This document shows, one piece after another, positions 28,036 through 36,943 of a stretch of 64,000 nt of DNA. The notes beneath the pieces are model-generated. The model saw only the letters and a program-made list of their open reading frames with translations, had not been told where the DNA came from and ran no database searches. Position numbers and translations under genes: made by a program. The stretch's first letter is position 1. Every line of letters starts with the position of its first letter. Source of the DNA: Thermodesulfobacteriota bacterium (lineage in GTDB: Bacteria > Desulfobacterota > Desulfobulbia > Desulfobulbales > SURF-16); NCBI GenBank assembly GCA_039715015.1, contig JBDLIE010000011.1, forward strand, positions 1,843 to 65,842, given 5' to 3'.

Positions 28036-29223
28036 CTACTCGGAGCCGAAGATGCGGCCATCGGTGATGACCTTGGCGAAATTTTTAAGGTTGTCGGCCT
28101 GGTCCTGGGCCACACCTTGATTATAAACGGCGATCTTCTCAAAAAACTTCTGGCAATAGCCGCAGTCATCGCAGGACATACGCCGGCAGTCGTGATTCTG
28201 GAAAAATTTCAGGAAGCCGTCCAGCTCTTTATTAGGGATTTGAATGGCGTCATTAAACGAAAAATTCATCAAGCCAGCCACGGCTTGAACCTGCGCCATA
28301 TCCACCATGTCCGGCTTGTTGAAATATTCCATGTTGGGCGGCAGGAAAGAGCCCTTGTTGGGCAGGGTAAGCAGGTCGATAAGGTTGCCGTCAAAGCTGC
28401 GGTCGCTATAGGCCTTCACCGCAGTGGTCAGGGCGCCTGAGGTCTTGAAACGCTCCACGACCTTAAAGCGGCTGATACCGATCTCCTCGTAATAGTGAAG
28501 ATCCTCAGGACGGATCCAGCGCGCCTTGAGGATATTAACCGGGTCCTCCAGCTTCTGGCTTGAGCAGATCACGTAAGGCAGCTGCAAATAGCAATAATCG
28601 TTATGGCTCTGGGTCTGGGAGGCATGGCCGTCATGGTTGACGTGCTCAAATTGCTGGGCGCATTCCCACAGACAGCAGGGGTTGGCAATAACCTCCAGGG
28701 GGATGTTCACCGAATCGTTGATCGCCTTTAAGGTGTCGAAATCGCGGTTGAGCATTTCGTCGATGATCAGCTCATCAACGCCCATATCTTCATACTGTTT
28801 GGCCCGGGTCACGGTGTTGATCCGGCTCACCGAAGAGACCTTGATAAAGAAATGGGGGTAATGCTCCTTAACCAGACGAATAAGATAGGGGATGGCAATG
28901 GTCAGGGCATCGACCTTGATCTCGGTGAGCCAGTCGAGGAGCTCACGGATCTGCCTGTAGCCCTCCTTGGTGTACTGGACATTGGCCAGACTCAAGGTGT
29001 TCAGCAGGTAGGAAAATTTAATGCCCTGCCCATGGAGAAGGCCGACGTGCTTGGCAATATCCTCACGGCTCACCTGGGGCAGGAGAAAGGAGGGGCGGCA
29101 GCCGCCCACCACATCGTCAGCAAGCTTGCCGTAGACATGGGTGACCGGAAAATCGTTAAGCATGGCCGGCAGTTTTGGGTCCCAATTGGTTGATACGCGT
29201 ATTTCCATCGTGCTACTTCTCAT
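28036..29223 (-). CDS. Peptidase U32 family protein (UbiU/UbiV/TrhP-type Fe-S enzyme family)
   Basis: The pattern GQGIKFSYLLNT ... KVDALTIAIPYLIRLVKEHYPHFFIKVSS ... IPLEVIANPCCLWECAQ fits the U32 TIM-barrel layout. A C-terminal Cys cluster reads HDCRRMSCDDCGYC. I chose the ATG at 29223 (GGAG 7 nt upstream); the ORF track extension to 29349 overlaps the upstream gene. Confidence 0.6.
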   Translation of the reverse strand: MRSSTMEIRVSTNWDPKLPAMLNDFPVTHVYGKLADDVVGGCRPSFLLPQVSREDIAKHVGLLHGQGIKFSYLLNTLSLANVQYTKEGYRQIRELLDWLTEIKVDALTIAIPYLIRLVKEHYPHFFIKVSSVSRINTVTRAKQYEDMGVDELIIDEMLNRDFDTLKAINDSVNIPLEVIANPCCLWECAQQFEHVNHDGHASQTQSHNDYCYLQLPYVICSSQKLEDPVNILKARWIRPEDLHYYEEIGISRFKVVERFKTSGALTTAVKAYSDRSFDGNLIDLLTLPNKGSFLPPNMEYFNKPDMVDMAQVQAVAGLMNFSFNDAIQIPNKELDGFLKFFQNHDCRRMSCDDCGYCQKFFEKIAVYNQGVAQDQADNLKNFAKVITDGRIFGSE

Positions 29224-29258
29224 GGTTGAGCTCCGGCAAGGGAGCAGATTAATCTTCG

Positions 29259-29753
29259 TTATAATTTCAGGCGTGTTGACTGGCGGATGAGAAAGAGTCC
29301 GGCAATCAGGGCAATACTGCCAACCACAAGGGCGATGGCGTTGAGCCAATGCCAGTTAGTTTCTAAAAAAGAGTGTTGTGGATCATCAGGATCATAATGT
29401 ACATCCACCAGGCTGCCAAGGGGATATTGGCCGGCCTCTTGGCGGGCATGGGCCGGATCGTTGGAGCCGTATTGGCCCTGGGAGATGCTGTCGCCCTGAT
29501 AGGTGCGGCCCTCTACCTCATAACGGTACTGGACATCGGCTATAAGGGTTGACGAGCCACCATCCGTGCCCCGCTGCCAGCGGGTCTCTGATTTGATGAT
29601 AACGCCGCGGCAGGTGGGCCATTCCTGCATGGCCTGGGCCTCAAGAACCGTTTTGGCGCCGTAGGTCAGGGCAGCAACGGCCACCAGGCAAAAAAGAATG
29701 CCCATGACCATGAAGATTGTTTTCTCCTCTTCTGCTGTTGCCTGTCTGCTCAT
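29259..29753 (-). CDS. DUF3592 domain membrane protein
   Basis: 164 aa with N- and C-terminal TM helices. The pattern WPTCRGVIIKSE ... YRYEVEGRTYQGDSIS ... GSLVDVHYDPDDPQHSFLE is typical of DUF3592. Confidence 0.7.
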   Translation of the reverse strand: MSRQATAEEEKTIFMVMGILFCLVAVAALTYGAKTVLEAQAMQEWPTCRGVIIKSETRWQRGTDGGSSTLIADVQYRYEVEGRTYQGDSISQGQYGSNDPAHARQEAGQYPLGSLVDVHYDPDDPQHSFLETNWHWLNAIALVVGSIALIAGLFLIRQSTRLKL

Positions 29754-29755
29754 AC

Positions 29756-30517
29756 CTATACGGCAAAACCGCCATCAAGATTAATGGCCTGGCCGTTGAT
29801 GGAATCGGCACCGCGGCCAGCCAGGAAGATGGCAAGTTCTGCCACTTCCCCAGCGGTGACCACCTTGCCGGTGGGCAGTCCCTCAATAATTTTTTCCATG
29901 ATCGCCTCATTGGGGGCGCCAATGGCCTGGGCAATTTCTGTGAGACCATCGCTGAGCATCTTGCCTTCCACCGGCCCGGGGTTAATGGCCACAGCCCTTA
30001 CTCCTTTGGCACCATACTCAATGGCAATGGACCTGGTTAGAGAATCAATGGCTGCCTTGGAGGCTGCGTAGGCGGCTGCCATGGGGATGGGCTTTTGCGA
30101 CAGGGACGATGAGATATTGATCAGCACCAGATTGTTGCCGCAATGGCGGATGGCCTCCCGGCAGATGAGAAAGGTGCCGGCCAGGTTGGTGTGGATCACC
30201 TCTTCAAAAGCGGCAAGGCCCAAGGCCTCAAGGGGGCAAAGATGGGTGAAGATGCCGGCGGCGTTAACAACGATATCCGGCAGCCTGCCACTGCTGACCA
30301 GCAGGTTGAAGGCCTCGACGACTTCCTGTTCATTACAGGAATCAACCTGGGAAGTTGCCCATTTTTCTTTACTGGCAAGGTCACGGATGGCAGAAACGTC
30401 CTTGTCCCAAATCAATACCTGGGCCCCGTGCTCTGAAGCAAGTTTGGCCACGGCAGAGCCGATGGTGCCTGCGCCACCAACAACGAGGATATTCTTTTTT
30501 TCTAGGGTCATATTCAT
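29756..30517 (-). CDS. SDR family oxidoreductase (3-oxoacyl-ACP reductase-like ketoreductase)
   Basis: Cofactor motif VVGGAGTIGSAV, catalytic YAASKAA, 253 aa. Confidence 0.9.
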   Translation of the reverse strand: MNMTLEKKNILVVGGAGTIGSAVAKLASEHGAQVLIWDKDVSAIRDLASKEKWATSQVDSCNEQEVVEAFNLLVSSGRLPDIVVNAAGIFTHLCPLEALGLAAFEEVIHTNLAGTFLICREAIRHCGNNLVLINISSSLSQKPIPMAAAYAASKAAIDSLTRSIAIEYGAKGVRAVAINPGPVEGKMLSDGLTEIAQAIGAPNEAIMEKIIEGLPTGKVVTAGEVAELAIFLAGRGADSINGQAINLDGGFAV

Positions 30518-31908
30518 ACCTCAAGCTCAATGTCGGTCCAGCGGACCAGGTCGGAAAAGGTGGAAATGCCGTCATGTTTCCAGCGCATGGTGGGGCGGTG
30601 CATGAGGCCCGGCCTGGTGATCCGGGAAACCCCGATGGCCCCAAGCTGTTCTGCCAAGTCAGCTATTCTTTCAGGGTTGCTCTCAATGCCGATATTCTGA
30701 AGATAGCTGCTAAAGGGGCGGAGGATAGCGATGACCTCATCTAAATCATCCACCGGACAGACGCGGAGAAAACGGGTGGGCAGCACTGTCTTGAAATGGG
30801 CATCTTTTTCATGGATTAGAGTAGCTGTCGAGCGGGCGAAAAGCTCCACGTCTTCATGTTGGGCCGCCTCAAAAAGGGCGATATTTCGTTCCATAGCCAA
30901 GGAGGCGCCGGTATCGATGCTCATCGCGCTGGGGGGATAATCTTTCTCAAGATCAATAAGGGCTTCTTCGATGAGGGCAGTAAACTCCAGGGTGGAGACA
31001 GTGCCGTTCCTTTCAACGTAAACGATCTGCGGCGCCACACAGGCACGCTGATCGAACATGGCAACGTCAAGGGCAATGCGGCTTGCTAAGTCGCGGGCCT
31101 GTCCTAGATCACTGAGGCCTTCTTGGTCAATGAGCAGCAGGCCGATCTTATGACCGTGCTCAATAATTTTTTTATGGGGACCGATAAACTCCCGCAAGGT
31201 CCGGCAGGTCTGTTCTCCGCCATAAAGAATGGCAACCTCCGCCGGATCGAACATGGCTTGCTGCAGGGCATCATTGCCGCTTTGCCAGTGGCAGAGAGCG
31301 ACGCATTCTGCCAGGGGCGGCTCAATGTCTGTCACAGACTTAATCCAAGCAGGGCCAAAGACCGGCTCGTTGCTGGCCAGTTTGGCTATCAGGGGGCTTT
31401 TTACCATGAGGGATCGGACCATGGGCAGGTAGCTTAGGCCCGGGACATTAGCGGTAAGCACAGCACTGGTCAGCCGGGGCCCATAGGCCTTAGCCATGCC
31501 GTTCAAGTGAGGATCATGTTGGAAGGCGTTAAGGCAGCGATGAGAGCCGAGGTCACGGTCCATAGCTGCCAGAATATCTTTTGTAGAACTATTACCCTGC
31601 TCAACAGAAATTGAATGGCAGACAACCATCCGGCTTAAACCGGTGAGATCGCTGATGGCAACGACGATCTCCATCTTGAGATCACTGTCCTGTTGCCAGA
31701 AGTCAGCAGCCATGCCAAAGATCTCAGCCAGGTCATCAGTGGAGTATCCTTTAAGGATTTCTCGCCCTTTGCCCAAGAGATGGTCATTGGCCCTGCTGAT
31801 ATCATCGGCGGTGAGTTTTGGTAACAGAACCTGGGTAGAACCAATGGTGCGTTTGTACGTTTGGCCCTGAAAACCGGGAATATGGAAACCGTCAACCTGG
31901 ATCTTCAT
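30514..31908 (-). CDS. LuxC-like acyl-CoA/acyl-protein reductase (aldehyde-forming)
   Basis: 464 aa. FDQRACVAPQ resembles the LuxC active-site Cys context. It overlaps the LuxE-like gene by 4 nt. Confidence 0.6.
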   Translation of the reverse strand: MKIQVDGFHIPGFQGQTYKRTIGSTQVLLPKLTADDISRANDHLLGKGREILKGYSTDDLAEIFGMAADFWQQDSDLKMEIVVAISDLTGLSRMVVCHSISVEQGNSSTKDILAAMDRDLGSHRCLNAFQHDPHLNGMAKAYGPRLTSAVLTANVPGLSYLPMVRSLMVKSPLIAKLASNEPVFGPAWIKSVTDIEPPLAECVALCHWQSGNDALQQAMFDPAEVAILYGGEQTCRTLREFIGPHKKIIEHGHKIGLLLIDQEGLSDLGQARDLASRIALDVAMFDQRACVAPQIVYVERNGTVSTLEFTALIEEALIDLEKDYPPSAMSIDTGASLAMERNIALFEAAQHEDVELFARSTATLIHEKDAHFKTVLPTRFLRVCPVDDLDEVIAILRPFSSYLQNIGIESNPERIADLAEQLGAIGVSRITRPGLMHRPTMRWKHDGISTFSDLVRWTDIELEV

Positions 31909-32969
31909 CGGATATCCTCCAGGCTCAGACTGCAGCCCCGCGGTGCACTGCCTGAGGCCCGGCCTACGATTTCAAAGCCGTTACCGTGGCGGCGGCCAAG
32001 GTCATCGGTGAGAATGGCCATGGGGCGCGCGACATTAGTCAAATCGTAAAGAAGGGCGATGCCTTCCCCGCCATCCTCGACCTCTTGCAAGGTCATGGGG
32101 GCGCAGATCCTTACTTTGGTCCAATGGCCAGGTCTTTTTTCTGCATGGCCGCGGCTGTAAAATTGACTGCCAAGTTCGGTGAGACCATAGAGGTTCAGGC
32201 ATTGTTCAGCCGGAAGATGGAAAAAGTCTGACATCATTTCCAGAAACCCCGTTCTGGTTAATTCCCGGCTTCTGCCCTTAAAGCCACCGGCGTCTAAAAC
32301 ACGGCTGCCTTGGGGTAGAGGTAAAGAGCCAAGTTGAGGGGCTACTTTATCAATGAAATTGACAAAGCCGAAACTGCCGCCAATGATGGTCACCGGCGCC
32401 TTGTCAGCGATGCATTGCTGTAGATATTCCACGGCTTCTTTGCCAAGAAAGGCACCTTTGCAGATTGCGTAAAAGGGCGGCTCTGTGGCCCATTTTTCGG
32501 CAATTACCGCCATGCCGTGGGCCATGATAATGTCCGGGGCCTCTTCAGGGTTGGGCACCAGCATCATAAACCTGGTTTTTTGCTGATCGGCAAAGAGGGT
32601 AGCCTGGGCATTCTCAAGGATGGAAAGGGCCATCAATTCCAGATCTTCAGCGGCAAAACAGGAGGATCCTCGGCCCTTGCCGCTGGTGCCGCTGGTACGG
32701 AAGGTCTTCTGGCAGCTCGTGCCATCAAAGAGTTCATAGCGCTTAAAGATATTAAGGCCAATGGCAGGAATGTCCGTGAAGTTATCCAAGGTGGAGGGAG
32801 ACACGCCGCATCTCTCATAATAGGCTCGGGCTGCTGGAATATGTTCAAATTGATAGGCGAAAAGCTGACAGGCCAGGCTGTTGAAATCGCCGGTCCTTGC
32901 ATCGCCGATAAAGGCGGAAATCTTGGCGATGAGCTCTTTTTTATGGGTAGTTGCGGACATAAACATCAA
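31905..32969 (-). CDS. LuxE-like acyl-protein synthetase (adenylate-forming)
   Basis: 354 aa. FRTSGTSGKGRGSS is a P-loop-like adenylation motif. The size and the adjacency to a LuxC-like gene fit the family. Confidence 0.65.
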   Translation of the reverse strand: MMFMSATTHKKELIAKISAFIGDARTGDFNSLACQLFAYQFEHIPAARAYYERCGVSPSTLDNFTDIPAIGLNIFKRYELFDGTSCQKTFRTSGTSGKGRGSSCFAAEDLELMALSILENAQATLFADQQKTRFMMLVPNPEEAPDIIMAHGMAVIAEKWATEPPFYAICKGAFLGKEAVEYLQQCIADKAPVTIIGGSFGFVNFIDKVAPQLGSLPLPQGSRVLDAGGFKGRSRELTRTGFLEMMSDFFHLPAEQCLNLYGLTELGSQFYSRGHAEKRPGHWTKVRICAPMTLQEVEDGGEGIALLYDLTNVARPMAILTDDLGRRHGNGFEIVGRASGSAPRGCSLSLEDIR

Positions 32970-33066
32970 TATATAGAGGGCGAAATGGTAAATACTTGAT
33001 CTATATCAAAGTCGTTAAAAACAAATCTGATTACCACGGCGCATGGTTGCATGAAAGGCTTGATTT

Positions 33067-33147
33067 GTAGGAGCCCGGCCCTCCGGGCGATCAAAGGCAA
33101 TATTTGCTCAATCCTTTCCCTTATCGCCCGGAGGGCCGGGCTCCTAC
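33067..33147. repeat. Perfect 25-bp inverted repeat hairpin in the FabZ-like / LuxE-like intercistronic gap
   Basis: gtaggagcccggccctccgggcgat (33067-33091) is exactly complementary to atcgcccggagggccgggctcctac (33123-33147), with a 31-nt loop. Each arm also contains the sub-palindrome gcccgg..ccgggc. Confidence 0.75.
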
Positions 33148-33239
33148 GATATCGTGCTTCCAAAATGACTGAAAGGCGATGGTAATTAGAAAAACAAATG
33201 CGCTATTATAACCCCTCTGTCAACCGCAAAAAAGATCGG

Positions 33240-33698
33240 TTAGTATCCTTCTGCCAGGGCAATGGTGAAACGGCCCTGCGAGAGCTTTTGGTCGTTAACA
33301 AATATGCTGCCCTGGGCCAGGATGTATTGGCTCCAGAATTTTATAATCTCTACCCTGGCTTCAATGGTGTCGCCTGCTATTGCTGGCGCAGAGCTGGTGA
33401 AATCGAGATCGCCGCCGGCCAGATAACCCATGCCGGGACTCGCTGTTTCTCCAGGGACATTTTGCTGGTCAGCAGGGGGCATGCTGGCGCAGATAATGGC
33501 TGTGGTCTGGGCCATGATTTCCAGATGGAGAATATTAGGCATCACCATCTTATTTGCCGCAAGCAGCAGTTCGTCAGCACTGAGCCGTTTAATTCCAGTA
33601 CCTTTTTGACCGGGTGTAATGTCAATGACCTTGTCCAGGAAGAGAAAGGGCGGCCGGTGGGGCAGGGCAGCCAGAATGGCGGCGTGGTCAAACTCCAT
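33240..33698 (-). CDS. FabA/FabZ-type 3-hydroxyacyl-ACP dehydratase (hotdog fold)
   Basis: ILAALPHRPPFLFLDKVIDITPG, with a His in LHLEIMAQ. 152 aa. Confidence 0.85.
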   Translation of the reverse strand: MEFDHAAILAALPHRPPFLFLDKVIDITPGQKGTGIKRLSADELLLAANKMVMPNILHLEIMAQTTAIICASMPPADQQNVPGETASPGMGYLAGGDLDFTSSAPAIAGDTIEARVEIIKFWSQYILAQGSIFVNDQKLSQGRFTIALAEGY

Positions 33699-33700
33699 TT

Positions 33701-35035
33701 TTACAAAGCACCGCAGGGCAAGTTGACGGACAGATTTTTAAAACGTCTATGGGCTTTGCGGATGGCAGGTACATGGCCGAAGTTCATGGGCATAAATATA
33801 ATATTAGAACGTCTCTTCAACGAGCTGGGCCGAAAGAGACGGCGCATGGTTGACGAGATGGAGTAAAAGCCCTTGTTGACCTGCCAGAAGCCTTCCTGTA
33901 ACTCGCGGACCGACATTCCTTTGGGTTGGTAGACCACGGTGGCCATATCGTAGAGACGCCAATCCTGACTCAGGATCCGGCCCTCCTCGGCCAGACGTTT
34001 ATGGATACGGGTGCCTGGGAAGGGGGTAAGGACCGGCAGGAAAGCACCGTCAATGCCGGTGCGGTTGGCAAATTCCAGGTATTGGTCAAAAACAGCCGGG
34101 GTGTCGTGGTCATAGCCAAAAACAAAGGAGCCATAAACGCCGATACCCATGTCGTGGATACGTTGGATGGCCTCTTCGTAAAAGGAGACAGTGTTCTGTT
34201 TCTTGCCCATCACCTCAATATTCTTGCTGTTCAAGCTCTCAAAACCGATAAAGATGCCATGACAGCCCGCCTCCATCATCTTGCGCAGCAATTCTTCATT
34301 TTTGGCGATGGTAATCGGTGCCTGGCATACCCAACGGAGGCGGAAGTTTTTCAACTCCTCAAGAAGGGCCAGGGTGTGTTCCTTATGGGCCACCAGGTTG
34401 TCATCAACAAAGAAGATATATCCTGCCTGGCGGCTGAGGCTCTCGACTTCGTCGATTACACGCGACACCGGACGGGGGCGGTAGGTGCCGCCGAAAAATG
34501 AGGTCACCGTGCAAAATTCGCATTTGTACGGACAGCCCCTGGTGGTCTGGATCATGTTTTCAAAGAAATATTTCTTTGTCGGATAGATGGATCGGTTGGC
34601 CGTGGGAATGACCTCCATCCGGGTGTATTCACTCTGCCGGTAGGTGGGCTGTAAACAATCGTTTTCAACATCTTTTAAGATATTGCCCCAGATCTCGTCC
34701 GCCTCGCCGATAACCACGCAGTCCACATGCTGGGCTGCCTCTTCAGGCATATTTGAGGCATGGATGCCACCCATGATCACCTTGATTCCCCGGGCCCGGA
34801 AAAGGGCGGCAATCTCATAGCCGCGCGGGGCCAGAGGGGTCATCGCAGTAATCACCACCAGGTCGGGATTAATTGATTCATCCAGAGGTGAAATGCTTTC
34901 ATCAACGAAGCTGATGGTATGTTCTTCGGGGGTAAGACCGGCCAGGGTGGCCATGGCCAGGGGAGGAAATTTAAAAAAAAGAACGTCCCAGAAACTTCCT
35001 TTGGGCCAGCCCGGTACAACGAATAAAATATGCAT
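33701..35035 (-). CDS. B12-binding-domain radical SAM enzyme (subfamily B; paralogue of 43807..45153 and 53202..54599)
   Basis: The CxxxCxxC motif is RGCPYKCEFCTV. The N-terminal domain reads DLVVITAMTPLAPRGYEIAALFRARGIKVIMGGIHASNMPEEA. Confidence 0.9.
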   Translation of the reverse strand: MHILFVVPGWPKGSFWDVLFFKFPPLAMATLAGLTPEEHTISFVDESISPLDESINPDLVVITAMTPLAPRGYEIAALFRARGIKVIMGGIHASNMPEEAAQHVDCVVIGEADEIWGNILKDVENDCLQPTYRQSEYTRMEVIPTANRSIYPTKKYFFENMIQTTRGCPYKCEFCTVTSFFGGTYRPRPVSRVIDEVESLSRQAGYIFFVDDNLVAHKEHTLALLEELKNFRLRWVCQAPITIAKNEELLRKMMEAGCHGIFIGFESLNSKNIEVMGKKQNTVSFYEEAIQRIHDMGIGVYGSFVFGYDHDTPAVFDQYLEFANRTGIDGAFLPVLTPFPGTRIHKRLAEEGRILSQDWRLYDMATVVYQPKGMSVRELQEGFWQVNKGFYSISSTMRRLFRPSSLKRRSNIIFMPMNFGHVPAIRKAHRRFKNLSVNLPCGAL

Positions 35036-35373
35036 GAGAAGAGGTGATGCGCAGAATTTTAGGGTGACCTGGCAAAAAAAATCCGAGTCTATTTTAAGAG
35101 GAAATATTATACCTTTTGCTCTCTATCAGGCCAATTTCATATACCCTTTTTTTCTACCTGTAAATCCTTATTTAGAATAACTTCTAATATTATTGCCGTT
35201 TACAGCAAAAGAAGATATGAAGATGAGGTATGGCAAACTTGTTGATTTCATTTTTGAAAAAGCTTGAACTGCTTTGCCCCATCAAATATATTGACCCTCT
35301 TGCGTGATTTTAAAAAGTGTATGAAAGGCAGCCTGTATTTACTCTCAGTTTATAGAAAAAATGAGGAGAAAAA

Positions 35374-36000
35374 ATGAAATTTAACGCCCTGTATATCCTG
35401 TTGTGTGCCGCTGTTGTCTTTGCCCTCAACGGTTGTGGTGGAGCACGATCTGGTGGGGGTCGCACCCTCGCCCCTAATGAGGTAAAAGTGTTAAGTGATT
35501 TTCCGGATCATGCTTTTAATGCCAAGGCCTATGTCTATGGTATGGGTGGTGAAAACCGGGTCTATGTCTGGCAGGATCCAGCCGCAGATTTAGGCGGCTA
35601 TCACAGCGCCACCATGACCAGATTTTCCGGCCGGGTTCTCCCTGCCCAGGGCAAGTTTTCTTATGAGCCTTATATTAAAAGTTTCCAGGGTTCAATCCGA
35701 GACTCCCTTGATATAAAACCTGGCGGAGCATTACGTATTGAAGGCTCTCTCGTTGAATGTAACCCAGGTAGCCGCGCTGCCCGTTACCTTGTAGGTATGG
35801 GAGCCGGCAAGGCCGCTGTTGCCGGTGTTATAGAGGTTTTTGAGCCTGGCAAGAAACGCCCCTCACTTCGTCTCTATGCCCGTGATACTGCCTCAGCCGG
35901 TGGTTTTGGCGGTGATTCTGGGAGCATGATGAATCATATCATTAATGTCCTTGCGGTACGTATGACATCAGTTCTAGAAGGACGTATTGATCTTCGTTAA
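35374..36000 (+). CDS. Putative lipoprotein (DUF4410-like; tentative)
   Basis: Lipobox ALNGCGG. RBS GAGGAG lies upstream. GSRAARYLVGMGAGKA resembles the DUF4410 pattern as I recall it. Confidence 0.6.
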   Translation: MKFNALYILLCAAVVFALNGCGGARSGGGRTLAPNEVKVLSDFPDHAFNAKAYVYGMGGENRVYVWQDPAADLGGYHSATMTRFSGRVLPAQGKFSYEPYIKSFQGSIRDSLDIKPGGALRIEGSLVECNPGSRAARYLVGMGAGKAAVAGVIEVFEPGKKRPSLRLYARDTASAGGFGGDSGSMMNHIINVLAVRMTSVLEGRIDLR

Positions 36001-36023
36001 ATTTTATTTGGTAAGGAGTAGCA

Positions 36024-36293
36024 ATGCCCGGGGTAGATAGTGCACTAATTGCAGAGCTCAAGCAGCTTGTTGTTACGGCTCTGCGTATGGAAGATTTTGA
36101 TCCTGAAGAGATCGGTGATGATGAGCCTCTTTTTGGCGATGAAGGTCTGGGGCTTGACTCAGTTGATGCCCTTGAGCTGGTTGTTCATATTGAGCAGCAG
36201 TACGGCATCCAGATAGAGGATGAAGAGGTTGGCCGCAAGGCCTTTGCCTCCATAACTGCTCTTGCCGAGTTTATTACGGAAAAGAAAGTGTAA
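36024..36293 (+). CDS. Acyl carrier protein
   Basis: 89 aa with the phosphopantetheine attachment motif GLDSVDALELV. Confidence 0.9.
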   Translation: MPGVDSALIAELKQLVVTALRMEDFDPEEIGDDEPLFGDEGLGLDSVDALELVVHIEQQYGIQIEDEEVGRKAFASITALAEFITEKKV

Positions 36294-36365
36294 ATTACCA
36301 CTGGTCATTTTGAGAGTTGTTCTATTTTAAGATAGCTTTTTTGATATAAAAGAGTGTTTGCTTCT

Positions 36366-36414
36366 GGAGCCGGGTCGGGTACCTTAAAGGGTGTTGATTT
36401 GGCTCCTTTTTTTT
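36366..36414 (+). terminator. Possible partial terminator/attenuator after the ACP gene
   Basis: GGAGCC (36366-36371) pairs with GGCTCC (36401-36406) and is followed by T8 (36407-36414). The loop is long (29 nt), so the structure is weak. Confidence 0.3.
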
Positions 36415-36499
36415 GGAAAACGGTGCGCTGGCCCAGACCATGTTTTGGTTGGTGGTTGGCTGCTCTATCTTTCTCCCAACGTTTCCACATCTTTGTCCC

Positions 36500-36943
36500 A
36501 TGAAATTTCATGAAAGCCGGGTGCAGGTCCGTTTTAACGAGGTAGATCAATGGGGTATTGTCTGGTACGCCAATTATTTTGCCTATATTGAGGTGGCCCG
36601 TAGTGAGGTCCTGGCCAAGGTTGGCCTACTGCCCGAGGTGCTTTCCTCCCTGGGCTATACCGCCCCTATTATAAACCTCACCTCAAATTTTAAGTCATCA
36701 GCCCGTTTCCATGATGAGCTTATTGTCCAACTCTCTCTGGTCCCGCAAAAGGCAGCGAAACTTGTTTTTTCCTTCCGAATCGTCCAGGCTGATTCGGGCA
36801 AACTGGTGATGGAAGGAGAATCCACCCAGGTTCTCTTGAACAAGAAAGGATTTATGGTCTACACCCTTGAGGGAGAATTGGCTAAAAAAATAGAACACTT
36901 GGTAGCCTATTTCAAAGAAGATGGAGAAACATCCAGCCCATGA
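36500..36943 (+). CDS. 4HBT/YbgC-type acyl-CoA (acyl-ACP) thioesterase
   Basis: VRFNEVDQWGIVWYANYFAYIEVARSEVL is a typical hotdog thioesterase N-terminus. I chose the ATG at 36500; the ORF track starts at 36413. Confidence 0.8.
   Translation: MKFHESRVQVRFNEVDQWGIVWYANYFAYIEVARSEVLAKVGLLPEVLSSLGYTAPIINLTSNFKSSARFHDELIVQLSLVPQKAAKLVFSFRIVQADSGKLVMEGESTQVLLNKKGFMVYTLEGELAKKIEHLVAYFKEDGETSSP

Noticed and set aside
29224-29349. The ORF track includes an N-terminal extension of the U32-family ORF.
   Set aside because: The extension overlaps the 3' end of the DUF3592 gene and translates to a Cys/Pro-rich sequence unlike U32 N-termini. The ATG at 29223 has a good GGAG RBS.
35231-35245. A sigma-54-like promoter, TGGCA-N6-TTGA, lies in the divergent control region of the cluster.
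   Set aside because: The -12 element is TTGA rather than TTGC. No enhancer-binding protein gene is in the window. Near-matches of this kind are common in AT-rich DNA. I keep it only as a weak hypothesis.
36305-36550. An 81-aa minus-strand ORF lies between the ACP and thioesterase genes.
   Set aside because: It is antisense within a plus-strand operon, overlaps the thioesterase start, has no RBS and has no recognisable domain.
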